From: an uncultured Gammaproteobacteria bacterium | GTDB lineage: Bacteria > Patescibacteriota > Patescibacteriia > UBA9934 > GWF2-40-263 | Direction of reading: 5' to 3' | NCBI GenBank assembly: GCA_964538435.1 | Contig: CAZIDX010000008.1 | Location: 1 to 60,909 of the forward strand | DNA: 60,909 nucleotides | Shown here: in pieces, positions 1-9,241 of the stretch | How positions within the stretch are numbered: position 1 is the first letter of the stretch | How the letters are laid out: each line of letters begins with the position of its first letter | Made by a program: the position numbers and the translations under genes | Notes under the pieces: generated by a model | What the model was told of the DNA's origin: nothing | The model's database searches: none | What the model saw: the letters and a program-made list of their open reading frames with translations, nothing else

Positions 1-646
1 CACTTACGGTCTGTACATTCTGCGCAAGTGTTCCCCAGTCAATTGGACCAGGCATGCCAAGTGAGAGAAGTGTCTCAATATCCAATGTGTCTGTGAGGGT
101 TCCTGTTCCACCTTGAGCGTCAGTCACCTTTACCCAAGCAGTCCAGTTTGTTCCTGCCTCTGAACCACCTGCCATTGATGAGTTGGTCCAGAATGCCAAG
201 GCGATTGTACAGTTGTACTGAAGTGAATCAGCGTCACCAGCCTGAGTTCCGCAGTTTGCTACTTTGTAACAATTGTTTGGATCTGCACTACATGACTGAC
301 TGACTCCCTCAGCTGAATAGAATGTCATCTCAACGTTTGAGATATCACTATCACCATTGGTGTCAGTAACAGTTCCTGAAATCTTAAGTGATGAATCTGT
401 ACCCGATTGAAGGGTTAAGGTTCCATCAGAAAGTGCCGGATTTTGATCCGATTGTGCGTATGTAGCGATGTGGTTAAAGAAGATGTTGTCCACGGTTGGG
501 TTTGCGTTTGCAACTCCAGCTGATGAGTTGAGCTCGTCTGCTTGTGAATTTACACCCACAAGAGCCACAACAACAAACAGCGCGATAAGGAGCAATGCAG
601 CCCCTAAAATCCAGTGCAATGCACTAGAATTGTTTGATTCGGCCAT
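1..646 (-). CDS. Partial CDS (C-terminus beyond window edge): signal-anchored, probably surface-exposed protein of unknown function
   Basis: The minus-strand frame is open from ATG 646-644 to the window edge. I checked that no tta/cta/tca falls in that frame. It is absent from the ORF track because it has no stop. The N-terminus MAESNNSSALHWILGAALLLIALFVVVALVG is a signal-anchor helix. A Thr/Ser/Asp/Gly-rich sequence with several Cys follows. Confidence 0.45.
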   Translation of the reverse strand, partial: MAESNNSSALHWILGAALLLIALFVVVALVGVNSQADELNSSAGVANANPTVDNIFFNHIATYAQSDQNPALSDGTLTLQSGTDSSLKISGTVTDTNGDSDISNVEMTFYSAEGVSQSCSADPNNCYKVANCGTQAGDADSLQYNCTIALAFWTNSSMAGGSEAGTNWTAWVKVTDAQGGTGTLTDTLDIETLLSLGMPGPIDWGTLAQNVQTVS

Positions 647-789
647 AATACGTAAGTAAGAATTAATTAGAAAAATGAATTATGTCCGGGAGCAAGGTCG
701 ATACCCCCGAATACTTGCCTTAATTATAGCAAAAAACAAACTTAAAATTGTCCACAACCAAAAAACACCCTCTCGGGTGTTAAAGATGA

Positions 790-2553
790 TCAGGAATTTT
801 CTCCTGCCACACGCAAAATCTCTTCAACGGTCGTGAGTCCATCAAGCACCTTAAGTATCCCGTCTTGCTGCATGGTTGTCATTCCTTGTTGCTTTGCCAG
901 CTCCCGCATCTGATACTCTGAAACATTATCTGACAGAGAGGCCTTGATCTCATCACTCATGGTTAGGATTTCATAAATACCAACACGTCCTTTATAGCCT
1001 GATCCATTACACGTGCTACAACCATCTCCTTTGTAGAACTTCCACTCAGTCTCTGGAGCAACCTTCTCACCCGATGCTTCAGGGATCTCTGAGGTTACTT
1101 TTTTTACAAACGCAAGCTGCTCCTCATCAAGTGTTGCCTCCTGCTTACACTCCTTGCAGATCCGCCGCGTTAAACGTTGACCAATGATTGCATTCAATGC
1201 CGGGGCAAGTAAAAACGGCTTTACACCCATGGAGATAAAACGAGGAATCGCACCAGCAGCATCGTTGGTGTGCAGAGTGGAAAGCATCATGTGTCCGGTA
1301 AGGGCTGCATTGATCGCAACCTCAGCTGTTTCCAGGTCTCGAATCTCTCCAACCATCACAACGTCTGGGTCCTGACGAAGGATCGATCGCAGCCCCCCTG
1401 CAAACGTATAGTTCTTCGAGTGGTCAATCTGTGACTGGTTAATCCCTTCGAGCTTGTACTCAATCGGGTCTTCAAGTGTGATGATTTTTACGTCAGTGGT
1501 GTTGAGTTTGCGCAAAATCGCGTAAAGCGTGGTTGTTTTACCAGATCCAGTTGGACCAGTAGTGATCACCATTCCATGAGGCTTTACAATTTCACGAAGG
1601 AGCTTTTTCTCAGCCAAGGGCCTGTATCCAAGCTGTTCAAACTCTACATTGATCGCACTTGGCTTTAGAAGTCGCATCACCACAGACTCACCCCAGGTCG
1701 TTGGAATGGTTGAAACACGAACATCAGTATCACCTTCTTTAAGAAAGATGGTAAATCGTCCATCCTGCGGACGATCAGTGACATTGATCTTGAGTCCGCT
1801 AATAAGTTTAATACGCGCGATAATTTTCTTCCAAAAATCATGAGGGAGAGCAGCGACTTCTTGTAGTACTCCATCGATTCTAAATCGCACAGCAATCGTC
1901 TCTTGCTCAGCTTCAACGTGAATGTCTGAGGTGTCAAACTGGAGCGCAGCAGCCATCACAATGGTAATGATGTCTGTAACACTCGAGTTGTCCATGACAG
2001 ATTGAACGTCTGAATACGCCTTAAGCTGCTTCTTGTACTTTTCAAGTTCGTCATCAGTTACCTTCACACCCTTCACCACTTCTTTGATCTGCGGGAGAGT
2101 GTCATACGCCTTAATCGCAACACGCAAACTTTCCTCTGAGATTTTATAAACACCACCATTTGCATTGTAGCGCTCCTGAAGCTCATGAAGCATTGATTTT
2201 ACCTCTTCGTTTTCAGGTTGCGTGCTGGCAAGTCGAATCTCAGGGCCTGTGTAAAGAAAACAAACCACACTGAGTTTCACAGCCCGATCTTTTTCAATGA
2301 TGCGCAGTGCTTCAGGTGAGATAGGGAAGCCTTTAAGGTTTACATACTTCACACCAGCCTGCGCAGCTTCCTGCTCAGCAACAGTTTCTTTTTCTTTGAG
2401 TCGCACCTCTCCCATCTTTTCATCAAACTTCTCCATGGCCGTCTGTTGGCCTGGAGCAGATGGGGTCGCGTTTGCCGAGTTGGTACCCGTAAACTTTAGG
2501 AGGTCTTCAATGCTTTGGATGTCATTTTGCATAAGAAAAAGGGTCAGAGGCAT
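790..2553 (-). CDS. pilB: Type IV pilus / type II secretion assembly ATPase (PilB/GspE family)
   Basis: 587-aa ORF with a GspE-type N-terminal domain, Walker A GPTGSGKTT and a C-terminal tetra-Cys cluster (CKECK...CSTCNGSGYKGRVGIYE). Confidence 0.9.
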   Translation of the reverse strand: MPLTLFLMQNDIQSIEDLLKFTGTNSANATPSAPGQQTAMEKFDEKMGEVRLKEKETVAEQEAAQAGVKYVNLKGFPISPEALRIIEKDRAVKLSVVCFLYTGPEIRLASTQPENEEVKSMLHELQERYNANGGVYKISEESLRVAIKAYDTLPQIKEVVKGVKVTDDELEKYKKQLKAYSDVQSVMDNSSVTDIITIVMAAALQFDTSDIHVEAEQETIAVRFRIDGVLQEVAALPHDFWKKIIARIKLISGLKINVTDRPQDGRFTIFLKEGDTDVRVSTIPTTWGESVVMRLLKPSAINVEFEQLGYRPLAEKKLLREIVKPHGMVITTGPTGSGKTTTLYAILRKLNTTDVKIITLEDPIEYKLEGINQSQIDHSKNYTFAGGLRSILRQDPDVVMVGEIRDLETAEVAINAALTGHMMLSTLHTNDAAGAIPRFISMGVKPFLLAPALNAIIGQRLTRRICKECKQEATLDEEQLAFVKKVTSEIPEASGEKVAPETEWKFYKGDGCSTCNGSGYKGRVGIYEILTMSDEIKASLSDNVSEYQMRELAKQQGMTTMQQDGILKVLDGLTTVEEILRVAGENS

Positions 2554-2637
2554 TCGCGCCCATGACTCCTTTATCAGGAGAATTCTCTCCCAGTGTACGT
2601 GTTTTTTATTGTCTTCGCAATTAACCTTCGTGAATAA

Positions 2638-3621
2638 CTAGTGATGCAGTAATTTAAGGATTCTTGCAAACGGATGGAGTCCGTGGATTCTGTGTGTGGC
2701 TTTCTTGTAGAACAGATACCAAGCTGTGTACTGGAACGTAGTAATAAGCCCACCAAAGAGCATGACAAGAAGCACAGCCACAAGTCCTGAAACAACATTT
2801 ACAGCAAGGAAGATGGTGTATGAGCCAGAAAGCAAGGCTGATGTGTACAGAATCGAATACGGAATTGACAAAGTGGAAAGAAGCAGAAGCATAACAAGGC
2901 CGGCTCCAAACGAGAACATGAAGAGGAGTAGTCCATACTCAAATGTAGCAATCCACTGCTTGCGGAACATCTTTGCGGCACGTTCAATTGCGTGAAGAGC
3001 TGAATGGTTTTTATTGACCACATCAATGAGTGCGAGAATCGAGATGATATTTACAATCAAAACAGCTGGAACAAACACAAGCATCGCAACAAAGAAAATG
3101 ATGGCATTGTATTGCGTTGTTTGCACGTAGAACAAAAGCAGGGGAAGAGTCATGAGCATGACCAAAATGGCAGTAGTGACTTTTGTGAGTGTGGCAATCG
3201 TAAGGATGTCCCAAAAGTGCTTATGTGTTTCTTTGCGAATTTCATGTGGATCAGGAGTGTGCTTAACCTTCATGCCCAAGATGATCGCTCCTTGAGAAAT
3301 GATCGCCATCACAAGCAGAAGAAGTGTAACGAGTGTAATGGCAGTTAGCAGGCCAGCTGCGCGTCCATTCCCAACCACAACAAGCTGGTGAATATATTGC
3401 GAGGCAATTTCATAACCAAAGAACGAGCTACTCATGAGTTGCTCAAGAAGATTGCCGCCAACCTTCACCTTTTTCATGGTCGCAAATGCAATATCAACGA
3501 CTCCGCCGGTTGAAATGATTGCCGCAAAGATACCAAAAACCCACAACGTCTTCCGCTGCCAAGTTAGGCGGGCTGCTTCAATAAGAAGTCTGCGGTAGAG
3601 AGCTGTGGGTTTTTTTGACAT
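2638..3621 (-). CDS. Polytopic membrane protein, function unknown
   Basis: The ORF track gives 2638..3759, but the upstream part overlaps the ftsH 3' end. The internal ATG at 3621 is preceded by AGGAGG (3625-3630 on the plus strand as cctcct). The product has about 7-8 hydrophobic helices. Confidence 0.6.
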   Translation of the reverse strand: MSKKPTALYRRLLIEAARLTWQRKTLWVFGIFAAIISTGGVVDIAFATMKKVKVGGNLLEQLMSSSFFGYEIASQYIHQLVVVGNGRAAGLLTAITLVTLLLLVMAIISQGAIILGMKVKHTPDPHEIRKETHKHFWDILTIATLTKVTTAILVMLMTLPLLLFYVQTTQYNAIIFFVAMLVFVPAVLIVNIISILALIDVVNKNHSALHAIERAAKMFRKQWIATFEYGLLLFMFSFGAGLVMLLLLSTLSIPYSILYTSALLSGSYTIFLAVNVVSGLVAVLLVMLFGGLITTFQYTAWYLFYKKATHRIHGLHPFARILKLLHH

Positions 3622-3640
3622 ATTCCTCCTAGCGCGGGAC

Positions 3641-5458
3641 CTACTCCTTTTCTGAGAGCAGCTCCTCGAACGCTTCTTTTTCAATGGTTTCTTCTTTGAG
3701 AAGCTTGTTTGTAATAAGTTCCAGCTTCTCCCTTTCTGTTTCGAGTATATCACGAGCAACGTTCATTGCGCCATTCACAAGCTTCTCCACTTCTGCATCA
3801 ATCGCTTCTGCTGTCTTCTCAGAGTAGTTGCGCTGCTCATGGATCTCCTTGCCAAGGAAAACCATTTCCTGTGACTCACCAAACACGCGTGGTCCGAGTG
3901 TTTCACTCATTCCAAAGCGTGTAACCAATTCTCGAGCAATGCGTGTACACTTTTTCAGATCATCAGATGCTCCAGTGGTCACGTCTCCAAACACAGCCTT
4001 CTCAGCCATGAACCCTCCGAGCATTACGGACATATCATCAATAAACTGTGCTCGCTTGTGGAGCCGTCGATCTTCAGATGGAAGCTTCAGGGTGTATCCG
4101 CCAGCAGAACCACGAGAGATAATAGAAACTTTATGAACAGGATCTGCATGCTCAAGCATGTGAGCAACAAGTGCGTGCCCAGCTTCGTGGTATGCCGTAA
4201 TTTTCTTCTCTTCCTTGTTCATGACATAGCTCTTTCGTTCTGGTCCAAGAAGAACCTTCTCAATTGAGTCAAGAACGTCTTCCTGATTGATCTTTTTGTC
4301 ATTTCGTCGCGCAGCGCGAATAGCTGATTCGTTAAGTAGGTTCATGAGATCTGCCCCAGAGAACCCTGGGGTCCGTTCAGCAACACGCCGAAGGTTCACA
4401 TCATCATCAAATGGTTTGTCCTTTGCATGCACCTTCAAGATCGCCTCTCGCTCATTAATGTCTGGCATGTCAATCATGACACGTCGATCAAATCGACCAG
4501 GGCGAAGAAGGGCTGGATCAAGAACATCTGGTCGGTTTGTTGCGGCAATCACGATCACTCCAATATTTGGATCAAACCCATCCATCTCAACCAAGATCTG
4601 GTTGAGAGTCTGCTCACGCTCATCATGGCTTCCACCAAGACCAGCTCCACGCTGACGTCCAACCGCATCAATCTCATCAACGAAAACAATGCAAGGTGCA
4701 GCCTTTTTCGCGCGAGTAAAGAGATCTCGTACACGAGATGCACCAACTCCCACAAACATTTCAACAAACTCTGAGCCGCTCATGTGGAAAAATGGCACCT
4801 TTGCTTCTCCAGCAACCGCTCGAGCAAGAAGGGTTTTACCAGTTCCAGGTCGCCCCATAAGAAGTACGCCCTTTGGAAGCTTGGCTCCAAGATCTGAGAA
4901 TTTCTTTGGATCCATGAGGAACTCAACAACTTCCTGCAGCTCTTCCTTTGCTTCCTGCGCACCTGCAACATCCTTGAATGAAACTTTTTGCTTTGTATCT
5001 TTAATCTCTCGTGCATTACTCATTCCAAAACTCATCGCCTTGCTGTTTGCACCCTGCATCTGCCGGATCATAAACCAGAAGATGAGCACAAGAAGAAGGA
5101 GTGGAAGCAGGGAAGGAAGGATGACGCCCATGATGTATGAGCGAGTTGATCGATCCTCAACGCTGATATCAGCTGCGCGCAGCTGCTCAGAAGTGATTCC
5201 GTAGTCAATGAGTACTTCAGACAAAGAAGCACCAGATTCTTTTCGGGTGAGTTGCTTTGTGCCGTCATTGAGGGTGATGTTCACCTCAACACCTTCCATC
5301 TCAATAGATTCAACAACGCCGTTTTCAATCTCCTCAACAAGTGTTGCCATGGAGATGTCCTCAGTCTTCTCGTTGCTAAGTGTGTAGCTTGAAAAAAGCG
5401 CAGCCACAACAAGCACAACAAGAATCCCGAGAACAATATTTTTTGATAGTGGTTTCAT
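3641..5458 (-). CDS. ftsH: ATP-dependent zinc metalloprotease FtsH
   Basis: N-terminal TM helices, AAA+ Walker [19 protein letters not shown] and zinc motif HEAGHA. 605 aa. Confidence 0.95.
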   Translation of the reverse strand: MKPLSKNIVLGILVVLVVAALFSSYTLSNEKTEDISMATLVEEIENGVVESIEMEGVEVNITLNDGTKQLTRKESGASLSEVLIDYGITSEQLRAADISVEDRSTRSYIMGVILPSLLPLLLLVLIFWFMIRQMQGANSKAMSFGMSNAREIKDTKQKVSFKDVAGAQEAKEELQEVVEFLMDPKKFSDLGAKLPKGVLLMGRPGTGKTLLARAVAGEAKVPFFHMSGSEFVEMFVGVGASRVRDLFTRAKKAAPCIVFVDEIDAVGRQRGAGLGGSHDEREQTLNQILVEMDGFDPNIGVIVIAATNRPDVLDPALLRPGRFDRRVMIDMPDINEREAILKVHAKDKPFDDDVNLRRVAERTPGFSGADLMNLLNESAIRAARRNDKKINQEDVLDSIEKVLLGPERKSYVMNKEEKKITAYHEAGHALVAHMLEHADPVHKVSIISRGSAGGYTLKLPSEDRRLHKRAQFIDDMSVMLGGFMAEKAVFGDVTTGASDDLKKCTRIARELVTRFGMSETLGPRVFGESQEMVFLGKEIHEQRNYSEKTAEAIDAEVEKLVNGAMNVARDILETEREKLELITNKLLKEETIEKEAFEELLSEKE

Positions 5459-5511
5459 ATGCGTTTATGCAATCAACGCCGATCAGATTTTTGATCGGCG
5501 TTGTATTGTGT

Positions 5512-6786
5512 TTATTCGGTTGGCGTCTCTTCAGCCTCTTTCTCCTCCTCCGCCTCAGGTGCAGCTTCTTCAGCTGATATTTCTTCTGCTGCCACCTCTT
5601 CCACCTTCACCTCTTCAGTCTTTTCTTCTTCTTTCTTCTCTTCTACCACCTCTTCAGCTTCTTCTTCAGTCTTTTCCTCTACAGGTGCTTCTTCTTTCTT
5701 TGTCTCACTCAAAGCCTTTAGAGAAAGACCAAGGCGATGCTCCTTTGGTTCAATTGAGACGATTTTGAAGTCTATGAGATCACCAGGGCTTGCGATTTCA
5801 GTCACATCAGCAACTGGCTTGTCAGAAAGTTCACTGACATGAGCAAGTCCGTGGATTTCCTCATCAAGCTCTACAAACAATCCAAACGGGTTCACCTTAA
5901 GGACAGTTCCTTTTACTGTGTCGCCAACCTTGTATCGTTCCTTCACGTTTGACCAGGGGTCAGTGAGGAGCTTCTTCATAGAAAGGAAGATCTTGCTTCC
6001 CTCAATGCCGATAATCTCAGCATTAACTTTTTGTCCGATCTTAAGTATATCGCGCGGATGATCAATTCGTTGCCATGCAATCTCTGAGATGTGCACAAGC
6101 CCCTCAAGAGAGTCGAACTTCACAAACGCTCCAAAGTCAGCAACCGCAGTAACCTCACCTTCAACAACGTCGCTTACTTCAAACTTTGTAATAATATTCT
6201 TTTGTTCATCTTCCCAAACAACCTTTTCTGAAACAATGAGCTTTTCATCTTCCTCGTTTACATCAATGACACGTACTTTCATGGTCATGCCAATGTAAGA
6301 TTTGAGCTTTTCAAGAATCTTGTTCTTGTCACCACCGCTTACGCGTGGGTAGTGCTCAGGAGAAAGTTGTGACACAGGAAGGAACCCTGTGATGTGTGAG
6401 AGTCGAACAATGAGTCCGCCCTTGTTTGCTTCCAAGATCTTTGTCTCAGTTGCATCGCCTGAAGTGAACAATCGTCGAAGCTCTTCCCAAGCCTTTTGCT
6501 GTCCAGCAAAGCGGAAAGAAAGTTCCAGCTCACCATTTTCATTCTCGGTCTCCATGACCGTTGCTTCAACCGCCTCACCAGGTACAAGGTTGTTGTACTC
6601 AGCAGACTCAGCAAAAAGTTCTTTGCCTCGCACGACTCCGGTTGCAACACCGTCAACGTCAAGACGAATTTCCCGTCGTCCAGTCCCGATCACAGTTCCT
6701 GTGACCACATCACCGATCTGCGGGATATTTAGATAATCGCCCTCCTGAAGGAGTTTTTCAAACTCCGATACAGTTTTCTTTTGCAT
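5512..6786 (-). CDS. rpsA: 30S ribosomal protein S1 with acidic C-terminal tail
   Basis: Repeated S1 OB-fold motifs (GDVVTGTVIG, VVEGEVTAVADFGAFVKF, GDTVKGTVLKVNPFGLFVEL). The last roughly 60 aa form a Glu/Lys-rich tail. Confidence 0.9.
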   Translation of the reverse strand: MQKKTVSEFEKLLQEGDYLNIPQIGDVVTGTVIGTGRREIRLDVDGVATGVVRGKELFAESAEYNNLVPGEAVEATVMETENENGELELSFRFAGQQKAWEELRRLFTSGDATETKILEANKGGLIVRLSHITGFLPVSQLSPEHYPRVSGGDKNKILEKLKSYIGMTMKVRVIDVNEEDEKLIVSEKVVWEDEQKNIITKFEVSDVVEGEVTAVADFGAFVKFDSLEGLVHISEIAWQRIDHPRDILKIGQKVNAEIIGIEGSKIFLSMKKLLTDPWSNVKERYKVGDTVKGTVLKVNPFGLFVELDEEIHGLAHVSELSDKPVADVTEIASPGDLIDFKIVSIEPKEHRLGLSLKALSETKKEEAPVEEKTEEEAEEVVEEKKEEEKTEEVKVEEVAAEEISAEEAAPEAEEEKEAEETPTE

Positions 6787-6987
6787 AGTGTGTTCCGATA
6801 GGCTAGCCGCGTCTGATGCGGGGGCCCGTCGGGGCTATGGAATTAGTAGAATAACGGGCCAAGCATAGCCAAAACCTCGTTTTCTGTCAATGGCAATAGA
6901 GTTTGGGGCTGGCAGACAAAATTCAAGGAAAACCTCCGTGATCGTGCAAAAATGGCACACAACTTCCCGTACGTGCGAGAAGTTGTG

Positions 6988-7515
6988 TCACTGTTTTTTC
7001 GCAAGGAAAACCTCGACCCACTGTTCTGCTCCTGCACGATTAACAAAATGTTGCACATCTTCAAGAACATTTCTGTCCGATTCCCAAACGCTCATTTGTC
7101 TTTTTCTAAAACCAGCACGTTTGAGAAAGGACCTAAACGCATCCCTTCCTTTGTTGGCAGAAAGAGGGAAGTCATACATCACAATACAGACCTGATTGAA
7201 TGGGAGAAGACTCCTCTCTGCAAGTGTCCGAGAAAGCAGTTCTTTCTCACCTTCCTCGCTCAGTTCTAAGAAAATTCTATTCCTAATCTTCTTCTCTTTC
7301 ACCAAGTTTTTCTTTTTTAGATAAGACAATCGCCTCTGTGAAGTATTTTTGTTAGAGCGCTCACAGAGCATGCTCTTTCGCTGCCGGCCATGACCTGCCC
7401 ACAGAGAAAAAAGATCATCTGTGTCCCGTAAACCATCGGCTAGATATTTAAGAGTCGAGGTGATAATTTCTTTTCCCCGCGAGCTGTGTTGTTTGGAATC
7501 ATCTGTATGTTGCAT
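6988..7515 (-). CDS. wHTH plus Cas2-like (ferredoxin-fold) domain protein, PaaX-like architecture; paralog 1
   Basis: 175 aa. The C-terminal segment VCIVMYDFPLSANKGRDAFRSFLKRAGFRKRQMSVWES matches the Cas2/PaaX-C pattern (V.YDI...R..F...L...GF...Q.SVW). It is a clear paralog of 51303..51812. Confidence 0.6.
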   Translation of the reverse strand: MQHTDDSKQHSSRGKEIITSTLKYLADGLRDTDDLFSLWAGHGRQRKSMLCERSNKNTSQRRLSYLKKKNLVKEKKIRNRIFLELSEEGEKELLSRTLAERSLLPFNQVCIVMYDFPLSANKGRDAFRSFLKRAGFRKRQMSVWESDRNVLEDVQHFVNRAGAEQWVEVFLAKKQ

Positions 7516-7524
7516 ACATAAAAT

Positions 7525-7538
7525 CTCGTACGTACGAG
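7525..7538. promoter_or_regulatory. Palindrome CTCGTACGTACGAG (variant of the TTCGTA-SS-TACGAA motif), 10 nt upstream of ATG 7515
   Basis: Perfect 14-nt palindrome. It sits at the same position relative to the start codon as 51279-51292 does for paralog 2. Confidence 0.55.
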
Positions 7539-7576
7539 TTTTTGTGTTGTGCCTGGAGGTGCTTTTTCAAATACAA

Positions 7577-7620
7577 AACTCCCCAACACGATCGAATTAG
7601 AATCGCATCAAAGGGGAGTT
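7577..7620 (-). terminator. Terminator-like hairpin in the leader of wHTH-Cas2-like paralog 1
   Basis: On the minus strand: aactcccc-27 nt-ggggagtt followed by ttgtatttg. It lies between the promoter at 7633-7661 and the palindrome/ATG. Confidence 0.45.
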
Positions 7621-7632
7621 GCTTATAGGTTC

Positions 7633-7661
7633 ACTACAGCACCAACCAGCGTCAATGTCAA
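7633..7661 (-). promoter_or_regulatory. Promoter upstream of wHTH-Cas2-like paralog 1
   Basis: On the minus strand: TTGACA (7661-56), 17 nt spacer, TGTAGT (7638-33). Confidence 0.5.
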
Positions 7662-7742
7662 GACTTGAAACAGAAAACCCACCATCGCTTTGAGAGCTCT
7701 GGTGGGCAGTCTCGCCAGTAAAGGCGAGTTCGTGCTGAGGTG

Positions 7743-8471
7743 CTAGCTCGGCCGCGCGAGCAGTTTGCGCACACTGTGCGGGGTCATCTCGATCCAGCCG
7801 GGATCACGGATCATGGCCTTGTAGAACGGGACGGTCTCGCCCAGCTGAGGCTGCTCGTTCTCGGGCAGAAGCCTGAAGCCGAAGCGTTCGTAGTAGACCT
7901 GGTTGGCCGGGTTTGCGATCATCAGGAACACCGGCACCTTGTCCTGGTCAGCCATCCAGAGGATCGGGATGATCAGGGCGCTGCCATAGCGCTGACCCTG
8001 CAGGTCTTCGCTCACAGCGATGTTGTTGAGATACCAGTGCGGCTCCTCAGGACGAGTGCCATCGACTTCTCCCAGGATCTTGAAACCCTCGAGTGTCCGC
8101 TGCCAGCCGATGATGCGCATACCAACAGGCATGAGCTTGATCTGCTCCCATATGCTCAGCTTGCTGGCTGTGTGCGGGGTCCACCAGGCTGCTGCGTGTC
8201 CATGGTCTGCCTCCCAAGCAGTGCCGTAGGGAGCGATGAAGCCGTCGATGTCCATCTCGTAGAGCAGCTCACGCGCCTTGGCGCGGACGTCTTCCGGCCC
8301 CTTACGCACAACCCAGTCCATGAAGGCGTCATGCAGCCCAAAGACGTTGTCCATGTGAGCAACAGCGCGCCTGCGCGTATCTGCATCACCGAAGTCAATC
8401 GGTTGCAGGTTGAACGGTTCCAATTCCTTGAGCAGCCAGTCCGGCAGCTCGTTTTCCAGTCTCAAGGGCAT
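7743..8471 (-). CDS. GNAT family N-acetyltransferase (GC-rich islet gene)
   Basis: Motif A QGQRYGSALI followed by VFLMIANPANQVYYERFGF. I chose the ATG at 8471 with AAGGAG 6 nt upstream, because the track start at 8513 is GTG. Confidence 0.75.
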   Translation of the reverse strand: MPLRLENELPDWLLKELEPFNLQPIDFGDADTRRRAVAHMDNVFGLHDAFMDWVVRKGPEDVRAKARELLYEMDIDGFIAPYGTAWEADHGHAAAWWTPHTASKLSIWEQIKLMPVGMRIIGWQRTLEGFKILGEVDGTRPEEPHWYLNNIAVSEDLQGQRYGSALIIPILWMADQDKVPVFLMIANPANQVYYERFGFRLLPENEQPQLGETVPFYKAMIRDPGWIEMTPHSVRKLLARPS

Positions 8472-8503
8472 GGATGCTCCTTTTTTAGCTGAGGTGACAG
8501 AGC

Positions 8504-8532
8504 TTTTTAGCACTCCATTACCTTTTTGTCAA
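8504..8532 (-). promoter_or_regulatory. Promoter of the 7743..8471 GNAT gene
   Basis: On the minus strand: TTGACA (8532-27), 17 nt spacer, TAAAAA (8509-04). Confidence 0.5.
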
Positions 8533-8571
8533 TCAATAAGAAAACCCCGTCCTTCCGGCAGGGTTGTCGTC

Positions 8572-9120
8572 TCAGGCTGCAGCCTCCATGTGTCTGTTGA
8601 TGATACGGATCATCTCACACTTGTGAGGGCGTACATAGCCAGGAGGTTTTCTGTACTTGCCTTGGCGGCTGGGAGTGGTTCGGCGCTTGCGCGCCAGGTG
8701 TGCGCGGTTGTCTGCCTTGACCTTGCGAGCCCAGACCATGAACGACCGGTCCTTGAGCTTTCGAAGCAGTGCGCGTGCCAGATGTCGGTCCTCAGCCTCG
8801 ATCGTGAGCTTGTACTTCCCACGGCGAATCGAGATGTTCACAGACCAACGGTTCAGAGCATCGCGGAAGCGTCCGATCGGCAACTCGCTTCCCATGTCGA
8901 TCAGGCGAGTCATCCACACACGCTTGATCACATGGGAGAAGTCAGGCATCTCGTGCAAGCCGGTTGGGGGAGGAACGTACACCCCGCGCTTGTCCGTCAT
9001 GAGCAGGACGCTGCACTCAGAGCCATCAGGCATGGTGAACGTTGTGGTGTCAAAGAACCAGCCCTCCTCGCCGTCGATGGGGATGAGCTTGAGCTTGTCA
9101 GTGTCGACGTAGCACTTCAT
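8572..9120 (-). CDS. Hypothetical protein with basic C-terminal tail (GC-rich islet gene)
   Basis: ATG at 9120 is preceded by GGAGGTG. The gene has its own TTGACA-17-TAGGTT promoter and a downstream hairpin. I recognise no domain. Confidence 0.5.
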   Translation of the reverse strand: MKCYVDTDKLKLIPIDGEEGWFFDTTTFTMPDGSECSVLLMTDKRGVYVPPPTGLHEMPDFSHVIKRVWMTRLIDMGSELPIGRFRDALNRWSVNISIRRGKYKLTIEAEDRHLARALLRKLKDRSFMVWARKVKADNRAHLARKRRTTPSRQGKYRKPPGYVRPHKCEMIRIINRHMEAAA

Positions 9121-9163
9121 GGCCACCTCCAAGTCGTAGTTGATTGCCGTAAGCCAACGTTCC

Positions 9164-9192
9164 AACCTACGTTTTTTAAAGATTTTTGTCAA
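9164..9192 (-). promoter_or_regulatory. Promoter of the 8572..9120 gene
   Basis: On the minus strand: ATTCTTGACAAAAA with TTGACA (9192-87), 17 nt spacer, TAGGTT (9169-64). Confidence 0.55.
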
Positions 9193-9241
9193 GAATCAAG
9201 CAAAAAGAAAGGACCGACTCCGTGGAATCGGTCCAGCTCGC

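Noticed and set aside
468-659. 63-aa plus-strand ORF at the left edge.
   Set aside because: It is antisense to the longer, edge-truncated minus-strand frame, which has a plausible signal-anchor N-terminus. It has no SD.
790-792. Alternative genetic code (TGA as sense, code 4/25), prompted by the two in-frame TGAs in islet genes.
   Set aside because: pilB (790-792) and truB (31450-31452) end in TGA immediately before their terminator hairpins. Reading through would translate the terminators. All conserved genes are intact under code 11.
5474-5503. Perfect 12-bp hairpin (caacgccgatca/tgatcggcgttg) between rpsA and ftsH as their terminator.
   Set aside because: The U-rich tail is on the plus strand, whereas both genes are on the minus strand. 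It therefore does not behave as a standard terminator for them. I noted it as a possible processing or attenuation site but cannot assign a function from sequence.
5501-5842. Ser/Phe-rich ORFs on the plus strand (5501..5842 and 5508..5768).
   Set aside because: They are the antisense reading of the GAA/GAG/AAG-rich acidic tail of rpsA. They are low complexity and not genes.
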